Source: Coriobacteriia bacterium (GTDB taxonomy: Bacteria > Actinomycetota > Coriobacteriia > Anaerosomatales > JAAXUF01). Taken from it: 64,000 bases of DNA. Positions 54,710 through 64,000 of the stretch are shown in pieces. The notes beneath the pieces were generated by a model. It was not told where the DNA came from. It did no database searches and saw only the letters and a list, made by a program, of their open reading frames with translations. How positions within the stretch are numbered: the stretch's first letter is position 1; every line of letters begins with the position of its first letter. The DNA lies in assembly GCA_013334745.1 (NCBI GenBank), contig JAAXWY010000002.1:35421-99420 (forward strand), given 5' to 3'. Made by a program: the position numbers and the translations under genes.

Positions 54710-55518
54710 CTCGCCTGCCCGGGCGAATGCAGCTCGGCCATGCGTGCGACCCGCTGTTCCTCGGCCAGCGCGGCGGCCGCGCCGGACGCGAACAGGACCA
54801 CGGCAACCATGAAGCCAAACGTCGGGAGCGAGCCGGGCAGACGCCCACCGTAGGTGGACTCCCGGAACCAGGCGAGGTTCGACAGGACGAACAGCACTAC
54901 TCCAGCGGCGACTGCGAGCCGCGGGCCCGCAACGTACTCATCGCCCAAGCGAATAGCGACGGCGATCACACACACGGTGGGCGCGAGCATAAGCACGAAG
55001 TCGGCCGCCAGATAGGTCAGATGGGTCAGCACCGGCTCGCTCATGCCGCCGAGGTCCGTGATCGCCGGCGACAGGTAGAGCACCCACAGCAGCGCCGCCA
55101 ACAGCGTGCAGGCCACAAACGCCTCGGTCGCGACCCAGGCGAAATCGACACGATCCATGTATCGCAGAATGCTCACCAGAAGACCCGCCGTGAAGAGCAT
55201 TGCGGCCAGGCCGTAGAGAGCGTCGCTGAACTGAAGCCCGAACATCCCTGTTGTCGATGACAAGCCTGTGTGCTGAGCAGCATCGCCTGCTGCGGTGAAC
55301 ATGACGCTCGCGCCGATGCATGCCCACGCCACCTGCGCAGGCCCATCGACAATCCTGCGGGCGGCTGCGAGGATAATGAACCCGCACGCCACGCCCATCG
55401 CAGTCTCGCCGAATCCGGAGATGGTCGCCGCACCCGACTCGCCGCCCACTTGGAGGAGCGCCGCGGTGTTCACGAGCGCGGCGAATCCAAGTCCGATCAC
55501 TGCGATCAGGACCGGCAT
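54706..55518 (-). CDS. integral membrane protein, function unknown
   Basis: About 8 hydrophobic segments. I chose the ATG at 55518 because the longer ORF would overlap the divergent oxidoreductase gene. The stop overlaps the cgs stop region. Confidence 0.6.
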   Translation of the reverse strand: MPVLIAVIGLGFAALVNTAALLQVGGESGAATISGFGETAMGVACGFIILAAARRIVDGPAQVAWACIGASVMFTAAGDAAQHTGLSSTTGMFGLQFSDALYGLAAMLFTAGLLVSILRYMDRVDFAWVATEAFVACTLLAALLWVLYLSPAITDLGGMSEPVLTHLTYLAADFVLMLAPTVCVIAVAIRLGDEYVAGPRLAVAAGVVLFVLSNLAWFRESTYGGRLPGSLPTFGFMVAVVLFASGAAAALAEEQRVARMAELHSPGQAS

Positions 55519-55675
55519 CGCGGAATCTCGCGTTCGAATGGTCCGTGTGCTGTCCAGAACAACCCCAACCCAACCGTCACGACGGTACGCTGCTCGGGTA
55601 CTACAGTTGGTAGCGTCATTGAGTAGAGTGATTATCTCCATCCAGCCGGAAACAACACACAGGTCGGAGGACTTC

Positions 55676-57004
55676 TTGAAGATCGCCGTTGTAGGAGCCG
55701 GAGTCGCCGGAGTGGGCGCGGCGTGGCTCCTGTCGCCCTCACACACCGTGGACGTCTATGAAGCCGAGGCACGGCTCGGCGGTCATGCCGCCACGCTCGA
55801 CGTCACCGTGGGCGGCGTGACGTTTCCCGCCGACACAGGCTTTCAGGTCTACAACACGCGCACGTACCCCAACCTGATCCGCTTCTTCGAGGCCCTCGGC
55901 ATCGAATGGATCGAGACCGACATGTCCTTCTCGGTGCGCGTCGGCTCGGAGAACGTTGAGTGGTCGGGCACCAGCCTCAACACGGTGTTCGCCCAGCGCG
56001 GCAACATCGTCAATCCGAAGTTCTTGGCGATGCTCGCCGACATCGTCCGCTTCAGTCACGACGCCGACAGGCTGCTTGCCGACCCCGCCATCGACGACAT
56101 CACGCTCGCCGAGATGGTCGAGCGCGAGGGCTACTCGGCGACGTTCACCGACTGGTACCTCATCCCCATGGGCTCGGCGATCTGGTCGACGCCGCCGGAC
56201 CTGCTGCGCGACTACCCCGCAGGCACATTCCTGCGGTTTTGCGACAACCACGGACTGCTCCACATCACAGGCAAGCCGATGTGGCGCAGTGTCGTCGGCG
56301 GAAGCCGCACATACGTCGAGGCGGCAGCGAAGTCGTTCTCGGGCTCGGTGTTCGCGGGCGAGCCGGTGCGCTGCGTCGAGCGACTCGCCGGTGGCGGCGC
56401 TCGCGTCTCGACCGACGCGGGCTCGCTCGACTACGACGCCGTGATCCTTGCCGCGCACGCTCCCGACTCGCTCGCGATGCTCGGCGACGCATCACCTCTC
56501 GAGCGCGAGATTCTTGGCGCGTTTGGGTTCCAGCCCAACGAGATCGCGTTGCACACCGACGAGGCGTTCATGCCCAACTCAACGCGGGCGTGGGCGTCGT
56601 GGAACTGGTTCGCCGAGACGACCGAGTGCTCCAAAGACCTGCTCACGCTCACCTACTGGCTCAACAACCTGCAGCAGATGCCCGACGAGGCACCTCAGGT
56701 CTTCGAGACGCTCAATCCGCATCAGGAGTACGCGGAGGGCTCGGTGCTCGAGCGCGTGACGTTCGATCACCCCCTGTTCTCGGCAGAAGCGGTCGCGGCC
56801 CAGAAGCGACTGCCCGAGATCCAAGGTGAGGGCGGCGTGTGGTACGCGGGCGCCTGGCAGCGCTACGGCTTCCACGAAGATGGGCTCCTCTCGGCGGTCC
56901 GTGTCGCCGAGGCGCTCGGCGCGACACTGCCGTGGGGCGATGAACTCGACGAGACCCGCACGAAGGTGCTCGGCGAGCCGGCTCGAAAGTCGCCCCTCCT
57001 GTGA
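55676..57004 (+). CDS. FAD/NAD(P)-binding amine-oxidase-like oxidoreductase
   Basis: TTG start 5 nt after a GGAGG RBS, followed at once by KIAVVGAGVAGVGAAWLL (GxGxxG). Confidence 0.85.
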   Translation: MKIAVVGAGVAGVGAAWLLSPSHTVDVYEAEARLGGHAATLDVTVGGVTFPADTGFQVYNTRTYPNLIRFFEALGIEWIETDMSFSVRVGSENVEWSGTSLNTVFAQRGNIVNPKFLAMLADIVRFSHDADRLLADPAIDDITLAEMVEREGYSATFTDWYLIPMGSAIWSTPPDLLRDYPAGTFLRFCDNHGLLHITGKPMWRSVVGGSRTYVEAAAKSFSGSVFAGEPVRCVERLAGGGARVSTDAGSLDYDAVILAAHAPDSLAMLGDASPLEREILGAFGFQPNEIALHTDEAFMPNSTRAWASWNWFAETTECSKDLLTLTYWLNNLQQMPDEAPQVFETLNPHQEYAEGSVLERVTFDHPLFSAEAVAAQKRLPEIQGEGGVWYAGAWQRYGFHEDGLLSAVRVAEALGATLPWGDELDETRTKVLGEPARKSPLL

Positions 57005-57759
57005 ACAGCCGACTGTATACCGGCATCGTCGCCCACTCGCGGACGCGCCCCAAAGAGAACGCGTTCGCGTACCGGGCGTACTTCGTCTACGTCGACCTCG
57101 ATGAGCTCGATGCACTCGACGCCTCGCTCTCCAAGTTCTCGCACAACGGGCGCGCGCTCGTGCGCTTCCGCGACGCCGATCACGGGCCGCGAGACGGATC
57201 CCCTCTTCGTCCGTGGATCGACGCGCTGCTCGCCGGGCGCGGCATCGACCTGACCGGTGGAAGCGTGCGCATCCTCGCCTTCCCGCGCGTGCTGGGGTTC
57301 GGCTTCTACCCCGTGTCGTTCTGGTACTGCTTCGCAGCCGATGGCACGCCTCGAGCGGTCCTCGCCGAGGTGCAGAACACCTTCGGGGGACACCACAACT
57401 ACCTGCTCCACAACGACGGAGACGTCTTCGACTGGGACAGCCGCCCCACGGTGGACAAGGTGTTCTCGGTCTCGCCGTTCATCGCGATGGACGCTCGTTA
57501 CGAGTTCGCAATCTCCAAGCCCGATAATGAGCTCTCGGTCACCATCTCCGATTTCGTGGCCGGTCCCCTGCTGCTGACCGCGAGTCTGCAGCTCAACGCC
57601 GAGCCTCTGACCGACGAGGCGCTCAGCCGTGTCGTCCGAAAGTACGGTCCGATGTCGCTGCGGGCGTGGCTGCTGATCCACTGGCAGGCGCTGCACATCG
57701 TGGGCAAGGGAATCGCTTACATACCGCCACGACCCGACCCCGAGGAGGAGACGACGTAA
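57001..57759 (+). CDS. DUF1365 family protein
   Basis: LYTGIVAHSRTRPKENAFAYRAYFVYVDLDEL is the characteristic DUF1365 N-terminus. Overlaps the previous gene by 4 nt. Confidence 0.85.
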   Translation: MNSRLYTGIVAHSRTRPKENAFAYRAYFVYVDLDELDALDASLSKFSHNGRALVRFRDADHGPRDGSPLRPWIDALLAGRGIDLTGGSVRILAFPRVLGFGFYPVSFWYCFAADGTPRAVLAEVQNTFGGHHNYLLHNDGDVFDWDSRPTVDKVFSVSPFIAMDARYEFAISKPDNELSVTISDFVAGPLLLTASLQLNAEPLTDEALSRVVRKYGPMSLRAWLLIHWQALHIVGKGIAYIPPRPDPEEETT

Positions 57760-57760
57760 G

Positions 57761-58960
57761 GTGGGAGCCGGCTCGAACAACACGTTGCCCGGAATCGCGC
57801 AGTCGGCGCTTGGCCTGGCGCTGTCGCGTCTACGCTACGGTCGCCTGACACTGGTCGCTCCCGGAGGTGCTGAGCGCGTCTTCGAAGGCGCGAAGCCGGG
57901 CCCCGACGCGCGGATCGATGTAAGCCGCGATCGCGCTGCATGGCGTGCGATCGTCGACGGCTCGATGGGCCTCGCCGAGGGCTACCTTGCCGGCGACTGG
58001 GACACCCCCGATCTCGATGCGGTGCTCTCGCTCGGCGTCGCGAACCTCACGCACAAGCCCGCAGGGGCCCATTCCGCATTCGCCCCGCTGCACCGCGCGT
58101 ATCACGCGCTACGCGACAACTCGCTTTCCGGCAGCAAGCGCAACATCGAGAGCCACTACGACCTGGGTAACGACTTCTATCGGCTGTGGCTCGATGAGAC
58201 GATGACATACTCGTCGGCGCTGTTCGAAGCCGACGAAACCTCGTCGAATGCTCTCGTCACGGCGCAGAGGCGCAAGTGGGACCGCATGCTCGAGCTGCTC
58301 CAGCCCTCATCGGGCGATCACATCCTCGAGATCGGCTGCGGGTGGGGCGGCTTCGCGATGCACGCCGCGCGCGAAGCCGGCTGCAAGGTCACCGGCGTCA
58401 CGCTCTCCAACGAGCAGCACGCGTGGGCGACCTCCGCCGCCGAGCAGGCCGGCCTCGACGATCGCGTCGCATTCCGGCTGCAGGACTACCGCGACATCGG
58501 CGAGCAGTTCTCGGCGGTCGCATCGATCGAGATGTTCGAGGCCGTCGGCGAGAAGTGGTGGCCCGTGTTCTTCAGCCGACTCGCCGAGCTGACCGGGCCG
58601 GGCCGCCCGGTTGCGCTACAGACGATCACCATCGAGGACCACCGCTTCGAGGACTACCGCGACAAGCCCGACTTCGTGCAGCGCTACGTCTTCCCCGGCG
58701 GCATGCTCCCCAGCCCCGAGCGCTTCGTCGCCGCAGCCGGTGCCGCCGGGCTTCGTGCGGATGAGCCGCTGTTCTTCGGAGCGAGCTACGCGGCCACACT
58801 GGCGGCCTGGCAGGAGCGCTTCGAGGCGGCCGTCCCGGCGGTGCTCGCGCTCGGTTTCGATGAGCGCTTCTTGCGGCTCTGGCGCTACTACCTCGCCTAC
58901 TGCAGGGCCGGCTTCTCGGGCAAGACCATCGACGTCATGCAGGTCCGACTCGAGGGCTGA
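57761..58960 (+). CDS. cfa: cyclopropane-fatty-acyl-phospholipid synthase-like SAM methyltransferase
   Basis: NIESHYDLGNDFYRLWLDETMTYSSALF, the SAM motif ILEIGCGWGG and SIEMFEAVG. Confidence 0.9.
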   Translation: MGAGSNNTLPGIAQSALGLALSRLRYGRLTLVAPGGAERVFEGAKPGPDARIDVSRDRAAWRAIVDGSMGLAEGYLAGDWDTPDLDAVLSLGVANLTHKPAGAHSAFAPLHRAYHALRDNSLSGSKRNIESHYDLGNDFYRLWLDETMTYSSALFEADETSSNALVTAQRRKWDRMLELLQPSSGDHILEIGCGWGGFAMHAAREAGCKVTGVTLSNEQHAWATSAAEQAGLDDRVAFRLQDYRDIGEQFSAVASIEMFEAVGEKWWPVFFSRLAELTGPGRPVALQTITIEDHRFEDYRDKPDFVQRYVFPGGMLPSPERFVAAAGAAGLRADEPLFFGASYAATLAAWQERFEAAVPAVLALGFDERFLRLWRYYLAYCRAGFSGKTIDVMQVRLEG

Positions 58961-59153
58961 GGTAATCCCCGCAGTTCCGTGTGATTTCCCTTTCGGCCCG
59001 GATGCGCGTACACTACGCCGGCACGACCGCGCCACGGAGATGTGGCGCGCAATCCCAGACTCGGTTGTCCCTCGCTCCTTTCCTGGCCGTCGGATCAGCT
59101 GCGTCTACACACGCAGTGCTGCCGCATCGGCGCACGGAAGAGGAGTTTCACAC

Positions 59154-60440
59154 TTGAGTTTTGACAACCTGGGTCTCGACGCACGCATCCTTGATGCGGT
59201 GCGCTCCATGGGCTATGACGCCCCGACCCCCATCCAAGCGCAGGCCATCCCTGCAATCGTTGCCGGCAAAGACATCGTCGGTTGCGCCCAGACCGGTACC
59301 GGCAAGACCGCGGCGTTCACGTTGCCGCTGCTTCAGCGCATCCAGGGCGGCGGTAAGTCGCCCCGCGCGCTCATCGTCACCCCCACGCGCGAGCTGTGTG
59401 CCCAGATCGAGGACGTCGCACGTCAGGCGTCCAAGTACACCAAGCACCGCGTCATCTCGGTCTATGGTGGCGTCGGCTACCAGCCGCAGGCCAAGGCGCT
59501 TCGCCGAGGAGTCGACGTACTCGTCGCGACCCCCGGTCGCCTGCTCGACCTGTGCAACAACCGCGACTGTGACCTTTCGCGCGTCGAGGTCCTCGTGCTC
59601 GATGAGGCCGACCGCATGCTCGACATGGGCTTCCTGCCCGACGTGAAGCGCATCCTGGCGTTGCTTCCCAAGAACCGCCAGAACCTGCTGTTCTCGGCGA
59701 CGATGACTCCTGAAGTCATGCGCGTCGCGGGTGATACGCTGCACGACCCCGTGCACATCGACGTCTCCCCGCCGAGCAAGCCCATCGACAAGATCGCGCA
59801 GTCGATCTACCCGGTTGGCCAGCAGCAGAAGATGGACCTGCTCGTCCGACTGATCAGCGACCACCGCCTCGAGCGCGTGCTGGTCTTCACCCGCACCAAG
59901 CATCGCGCCGATCGCGTCGCCAAGGTGCTCGATCGCAGCGGCATCTCGGGTGCGGCGATTCACGGCAACCGCTCGCAGGGTCAGCGTCAGCAGGCGCTCG
60001 ACGGCTTCAAGCGCGGCCGCCATCGCGTGCTCGTCGCCACCGACATCGTCGCCCGCGGCATCGACGTCGACAACATCACGCACGTCATCAACTTCGACCT
60101 CCCTAACGTGCCCGAGGACTACGTCCACCGCATCGGCCGCACCGCTCGTGCGGGCAAGAGCGGCACGGCGTTCTCGCTGTTCGCGCCGGAAGAGCACGAT
60201 CAGCTTCGCGACATCGAGAAGACCATCGACGCGGTCATCGACTCCGAGGACCACGAGGGCTTCCACTACTCGGACGCCCGCATGGTGCCCGACCCCAACC
60301 GCAGCGCACAGCCGCAGCGCAAGCAGCCGCAGCAGCGTCAGACTCCCGGCCAGGGCCGCAAGGGCCGTCCGGGCGGTGGCGCACGTCGCCGTCGCATGAA
60401 CGGTGGCGGCGGAGGCGGCGGGAACACCGCGAGCTCGTAG
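59154..60440 (+). CDS. DEAD-box ATP-dependent RNA helicase with Arg/Gly-rich tail
   Basis: Q motif PTPIQ, AQTGTGKT, DEAD (VLDEADRM), SAT and HRIGRTARAG. TTG start at 59154 after a GGAAGAGGAG RBS. The 181-aa upstream ORF extension is not protein-like. Confidence 0.9.
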   Translation: MSFDNLGLDARILDAVRSMGYDAPTPIQAQAIPAIVAGKDIVGCAQTGTGKTAAFTLPLLQRIQGGGKSPRALIVTPTRELCAQIEDVARQASKYTKHRVISVYGGVGYQPQAKALRRGVDVLVATPGRLLDLCNNRDCDLSRVEVLVLDEADRMLDMGFLPDVKRILALLPKNRQNLLFSATMTPEVMRVAGDTLHDPVHIDVSPPSKPIDKIAQSIYPVGQQQKMDLLVRLISDHRLERVLVFTRTKHRADRVAKVLDRSGISGAAIHGNRSQGQRQQALDGFKRGRHRVLVATDIVARGIDVDNITHVINFDLPNVPEDYVHRIGRTARAGKSGTAFSLFAPEEHDQLRDIEKTIDAVIDSEDHEGFHYSDARMVPDPNRSAQPQRKQPQQRQTPGQGRKGRPGGGARRRRMNGGGGGGGNTASS

Positions 60441-60483
60441 AGCTCTCGCGCCCGCCTTCACGCTGAAACGATCGATCAACCGA

Positions 60484-60514
60484 GCGGCCCCTCTCGCATC
60501 TGCGGAGGGGCCGC
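60484..60514. terminator. bidirectional hairpin between convergent genes
   Basis: GCGGCCCCTC-TCGCATCTGCG-GAGGGGCCGC, followed by TTCGTGT. Confidence 0.65.
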
Positions 60515-60520
60515 TTCGTG

Positions 60521-63127
60521 TCAGTTGTCGCCGAGGGTGAACCCCTTGTTGCGGACCACGTCCAAGCAGGCGTCCACGACACCGGCATCGTATCGCGACC
60601 CCGAGCCGTCCTCGAGTTCTGCAAGTGCCGCCTCGAGCGTGTGCGCGATCCGGTAGGGCCGGTGCGACGTCATCGCCTCGAGCACGTCAGCGACCATGAG
60701 TATCCTGCTTCCGGTCAACAGTTCGTGGGCCAGCAACCCGGAGGGGTAGCCCGTACCATCGCACCGCTCATGATGCTGCAGCACGTACTCCGCGATGGAC
60801 CCGTTCATGTGAGCCGATGCGATCAGGGAACTACCCGCAGCAGCGTGTCCCTTCACCAACCCGAACTCCAACGCAGTCAGGGGGCCTGGCTTGGCGAGAA
60901 TCTCGGCGGGGACCGCGACCTTCCCGATGTCGAGCATGAGTGCCGCCATCCGGATATCGGCGATCTCCCTATCGGGCAGCCCGAGCTCATCGGCGATGCG
61001 GGTTGCGAGTTCGGCCACCCGTCGCTGATGGCCGGCAGTGTAGGGGTCTCGCATCTCCGATACCCCGCCCACGACGCCGATCATCGAGTTCAGGCTGTTG
61101 ATCTCTTCCTGCGCGATCTTGAGCTGAGTGATATCGGTCATGACCGACAGGATGTGCGTTGAGTCTTGATCGTGGATCAGTTCCGCCGAGAACAGGCCAT
61201 CGAGCACCTGGCCGTCCTTTCGCCTCACGTGCGTCTCCAGATCGTTCACGCGCTCGTGCTGGAGGAGTTCGGCGACGGCGCCGTCACGAACGCGCTGGTC
61301 GACGAACAGCCCAATCTCGGCGCTGGTCTTCCCGCGAACGTCCTCGTGGCTGTAGCCCAACGTCGTCACAAACGCTTCGTTGACGTCGAGAATCATCCCG
61401 TCGCGCGCATCGCTGACCATCATGGGCGCCGGGTTGCTCCGGAACAGTCTGTCGAATCTCTGCAACGCAGCCTGTTCTCGGGATAAGTCCTTCGAGACGC
61501 CGAAGATACACCGCTGCCCGTTCCAGCTCCCGAACCAGATGCGTGTCTCGACCGGAACCAGGCGGCCGCGCTTGGTTGCGAGCGGCAACGGACACGCGTC
61601 CCGCTCCCCTTTCAACATGTCGCCGAGTATGACCTCCGCCTCGGAACGTCGATCCGGCGGATGCATGTCGAGCACATTGAGCGAACCGAGGTCTGCCTCG
61701 GCGTATCCCAACTTGTCGTAGAACGCGGCGTTTGCGTGCAGCAGCGTGCCGTCCTGCGCGCCGACCACGACGATGTCACCGATTGCGCTGAAGAAGTCGC
61801 TGAAGTTTCGCTCGCTCTCGCGCACGCTGGCGTCAGCACGCATGCGCTCGATGGTGACCGAGAGGCTGCTCGCCGTCGACCGCAGGAGCCCCACCTCCGC
61901 GTCCGCCCACGTGCGTTCCCTGCGACAGGAGTCGAAGCCGATGAACCCCCACAGTCTCCCGTTGGCCTCGATTGGCAGCGCAAGAAGCGAAACGATACCC
62001 TGCGGCTCGAGCGCTTCACGCTCCGATGCGGGGAAATCCCTGACGTGACCGGCTACGTAGCCGCCTTCGACGAACGTGTCGTACCACCGCGGCGCCGCCT
62101 CATCCCACGGGACGTCCTGCAGGTCCGGGTTGTCGATCTGCGGCGTGACGTCATCGACCGACCACTCGTAGCGCTGGGAGATCGTGCCCCGCACGCTGCC
62201 CTCCCCGGGCGTGTGCTCGAAGACGTACACGCGGTCGACGCCGGTCACCACGCCCAGTTCCCGCAGAGCAGCGCCGACATTGGCCGGGGTCAGCTCGGTG
62301 TCCGCACTGAGGTGCGAGGTGACCTTCGAGAGGCCGACGAGCAATGCATCCCGAGACCCCAGGGCCTCCTCGGCCAGCTTGCGATCACTGATGTCCCGTG
62401 CGAACCCGACCGTGCCGAGCAGTTCGCCAGAGTCATCGAACACGGGGGCCTTGAACGTCTCGTGCCAACGACGCTCCCCGTCTTGAACGACCGGCTCCTC
62501 CACGTGCTTCGGCTGTCGGCTGTCGAGGACGACGCGGTCGTCGGCGCGATAGGCCTCGGCTAGATCGGCCGGCCACACGTCGAGGTCGGTCTTGCCGGCG
62601 ACATCGATGGCCGCCCCGCCCTGGCAGGCGGCTGCGAACGCGCTGTTGACGGTCAGGAATCGGCTATCCGTGTCCTTCAGCCACACAAGAAAGGGGAAGT
62701 TGTCGATGAGCGCGCGTAGATACCCCTCGCGCTCCCCCAGAGCGTCTTGCGCCTGACGCAGCTCGGTCACCTCTCGGGCAACGCCCACGATGCCAACGAT
62801 TCGTCCATTTGCCTCCACCACAGGCGTCTTGACCGTCTCCACGAGTGCGCGGCGGCCGTCGGATGAGTAGGTGATCCACTCCTCGTTCGCGGTGGGACCC
62901 CCGGCCGCCATGGCAGCGAGATCGTTGGCTCGGAAGGAGTCGGCTATCTCGGTGTCGACGAAGTCGTAGTCGGTCTTGCCGAACAGCTGCTCGGAGGGAA
63001 CTCCGAAGAAGTCCGCGAACGCGGGATTACAGCCGAGATACGTGCCTTCGGTGTCCTTGAAGAACACCAGATCCGGAATCGTGTTTAGCATTCGCGTCAG
63101 CACGGACTCGGCAGCCTGTGGTTCCAT
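60521..63127 (-). CDS. multi-PAS/GAF sensor protein with C-terminal HD-GYP domain
   Basis: Several PAS segments and one GAF-like segment. Then MLDIGKVAVPAEIL and HHERCDGTGYP. The ATG at 63127 follows a GAGGGG RBS. Confidence 0.9.
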   Translation of the reverse strand: MEPQAAESVLTRMLNTIPDLVFFKDTEGTYLGCNPAFADFFGVPSEQLFGKTDYDFVDTEIADSFRANDLAAMAAGGPTANEEWITYSSDGRRALVETVKTPVVEANGRIVGIVGVAREVTELRQAQDALGEREGYLRALIDNFPFLVWLKDTDSRFLTVNSAFAAACQGGAAIDVAGKTDLDVWPADLAEAYRADDRVVLDSRQPKHVEEPVVQDGERRWHETFKAPVFDDSGELLGTVGFARDISDRKLAEEALGSRDALLVGLSKVTSHLSADTELTPANVGAALRELGVVTGVDRVYVFEHTPGEGSVRGTISQRYEWSVDDVTPQIDNPDLQDVPWDEAAPRWYDTFVEGGYVAGHVRDFPASEREALEPQGIVSLLALPIEANGRLWGFIGFDSCRRERTWADAEVGLLRSTASSLSVTIERMRADASVRESERNFSDFFSAIGDIVVVGAQDGTLLHANAAFYDKLGYAEADLGSLNVLDMHPPDRRSEAEVILGDMLKGERDACPLPLATKRGRLVPVETRIWFGSWNGQRCIFGVSKDLSREQAALQRFDRLFRSNPAPMMVSDARDGMILDVNEAFVTTLGYSHEDVRGKTSAEIGLFVDQRVRDGAVAELLQHERVNDLETHVRRKDGQVLDGLFSAELIHDQDSTHILSVMTDITQLKIAQEEINSLNSMIGVVGGVSEMRDPYTAGHQRRVAELATRIADELGLPDREIADIRMAALMLDIGKVAVPAEILAKPGPLTALEFGLVKGHAAAGSSLIASAHMNGSIAEYVLQHHERCDGTGYPSGLLAHELLTGSRILMVADVLEAMTSHRPYRIAHTLEAALAELEDGSGSRYDAGVVDACLDVVRNKGFTLGDN
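61493..62177 (-). repeat. paralogous GAF-PAS coding segment (copy A)
   Basis: Clearly alignable by eye to 63316-64000 at both nucleotide and protein level, with long identical runs such as GACGAACGTGTCGTACCACC and GTTGTCGATCTG. Confidence 0.7.
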
Positions 63128-63294
63128 ACTCGCCCCTCGCATAGTGAACGGACCGCCCGTTAGGCGGCCTCAAGTCCGAGCGAGAGCGAAGTACCCCAAT
63201 TACCCCTAACACCTTATGCGAATGAGCGTACGGATGTCTGTGACAGATGCCCGTCGGCCCATCTCGGCGCAAACGGCGCGATTGACTCGTGCCG

Positions 63295-64000
63295 CTAGTA
63301 CACGTCCTCCTCGGCGGACACACCGAAGACGCACTCCACGCCATTCCACTTTCCGAACCATATGCGCGTCTGAACCGGCACTATCTCGCCGTCCTTGGTG
63401 ATGAGCGGCAGCGTACAACTGTCGCGATCGCCCCTGAGAATCGCGTCGAACACAGCCTCGGCATCCTCTCGGGCCTCGGCGGGATGAAGATCGAGGATGT
63501 GCATACCGTCGAGATCCGACTCGTCGTAGCCGAGCCTCTCGCGAAGCGCGGAGTTGCTCCGGATGATTCGCCCATCGACGGTGGCGACCGAAACCATGTC
63601 GTCGATCGCCTCGAAGAAGGCGCTGAAGTTCTCTTCGCTTTCGCGGAGGGCGACGTCGGCCCGCATACGCTCAACCGTCACCGCGAAACTCTTCGCGGTC
63701 GCCTTCAGCAAGCTCGCCTCGGTCTCGGTCCACGCCCGCTCGCCCTTACACACGTCAAAGCCGATGAAGCCCCAGATCTTGCCGTTGGCCTCGATTGGGA
63801 GGGCGAGCAGAGACACGATGTCCTGTGGCTCGAGTGCATCACGTTCATCCTGCGGGAAGTCCACTACGTTCCCGGCGATGTAGCCTCCAGCGACGAACGT
63901 GTCGTACCACCTCGGTGCAACGTCATCCCACGGAATGTCCTGCAGGTCGGGGTTGTCGATCTGTGCGTCGACGTCATCGACGGACCACTCATAACGCTGC
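63295..64000 (-). CDS. GAF-PAS sensor protein without output domain, 5'-partial at the window edge (paralog of 60521..63127)
   Basis: The reading frame continues past 63864 to the window end (QRYEWSVDDV..DNPDLQD..PRWYDTFV). It stops right after the PAS domain (..FGVSAEEDVY*), where the paralog continues into further PAS and HD-GYP domains. Confidence 0.8.
   Translation of the reverse strand, partial: QRYEWSVDDVDAQIDNPDLQDIPWDDVAPRWYDTFVAGGYIAGNVVDFPQDERDALEPQDIVSLLALPIEANGKIWGFIGFDVCKGERAWTETEASLLKATAKSFAVTVERMRADVALRESEENFSAFFEAIDDMVSVATVDGRIIRSNSALRERLGYDESDLDGMHILDLHPAEAREDAEAVFDAILRGDRDSCTLPLITKDGEIVPVQTRIWFGKWNGVECVFGVSAEEDVY
63316..64000 (-). repeat. paralogous GAF-PAS coding segment (copy B)
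   Basis: Counterpart of 61493-62177. Confidence 0.7.

Noticed and set aside
1-64000. CRISPR arrays, rRNA genes, and IS elements with terminal inverted repeats and a transposase
   Set aside because: Reading through the window, I noticed no regularly spaced short direct repeats, no rRNA-like conserved stretches and no transposase-like ORFs (DDE or IS200-type).

Overview
High-GC (probably actinobacterial) chromosome segment. Most of it is ordinary core genes. These include three HD-GYP/PAS sensor proteins, an ABC-2 exporter operon, trkA-trkA plus an APC-type permease, a UbiB kinase, amtB-glnK, a CPA2 antiporter, a 2947-aa cyclic beta-1,2-glucan synthase, an FAD-oxidoreductase/DUF1365/CFA-synthase cluster and a DEAD-box helicase.

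The main accessory feature is an 18.4-kb integrative island at about 22.5-41.0 kb, inserted into the 3' half of tRNA-Ala(UGC). It is bounded by a 60-bp direct repeat (59/60 identical) and has excisionase and tyrosine integrase genes next to the intact tRNA.

The far arm of the island is a defence-like cluster:
- a NACHT STAND NTPase;
- divergent from it, a co-directional block of a membrane-anchored HerA/DUF87-type ATPase, an unrecognisable 196-aa protein, a C5 cytosine methyltransferase and a putative restriction endonuclease.

The membrane-HerA plus small-partner pair matches no architecture I know and is my best candidate for an undescribed system. A conjugative DNA-translocase role is the main alternative. 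The rest of the island carries YraN, a second tyrosine recombinase, RadC, an XRE regulator, a small HUH Rep-like protein, a DUF5131 (Gp37/Gp68) protein and several unknowns.

Outside the island there are two notable items:
- A rhodanese-thioredoxin fusion gene is interrupted by one in-frame TGA exactly at the first Cys of the thioredoxin CxxC motif. A hairpin with a GGUCG loop lies just downstream, so this is a probable UxxC selenoprotein that the ORF track splits in two.
- A roughly 270-nt intergenic stretch between convergent genes has extensive long-range complementarity and is a candidate unclassified ncRNA.

I saw no rRNA and no CRISPR array. All family calls rest on motifs read by eye from the translations. 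No database search was run.
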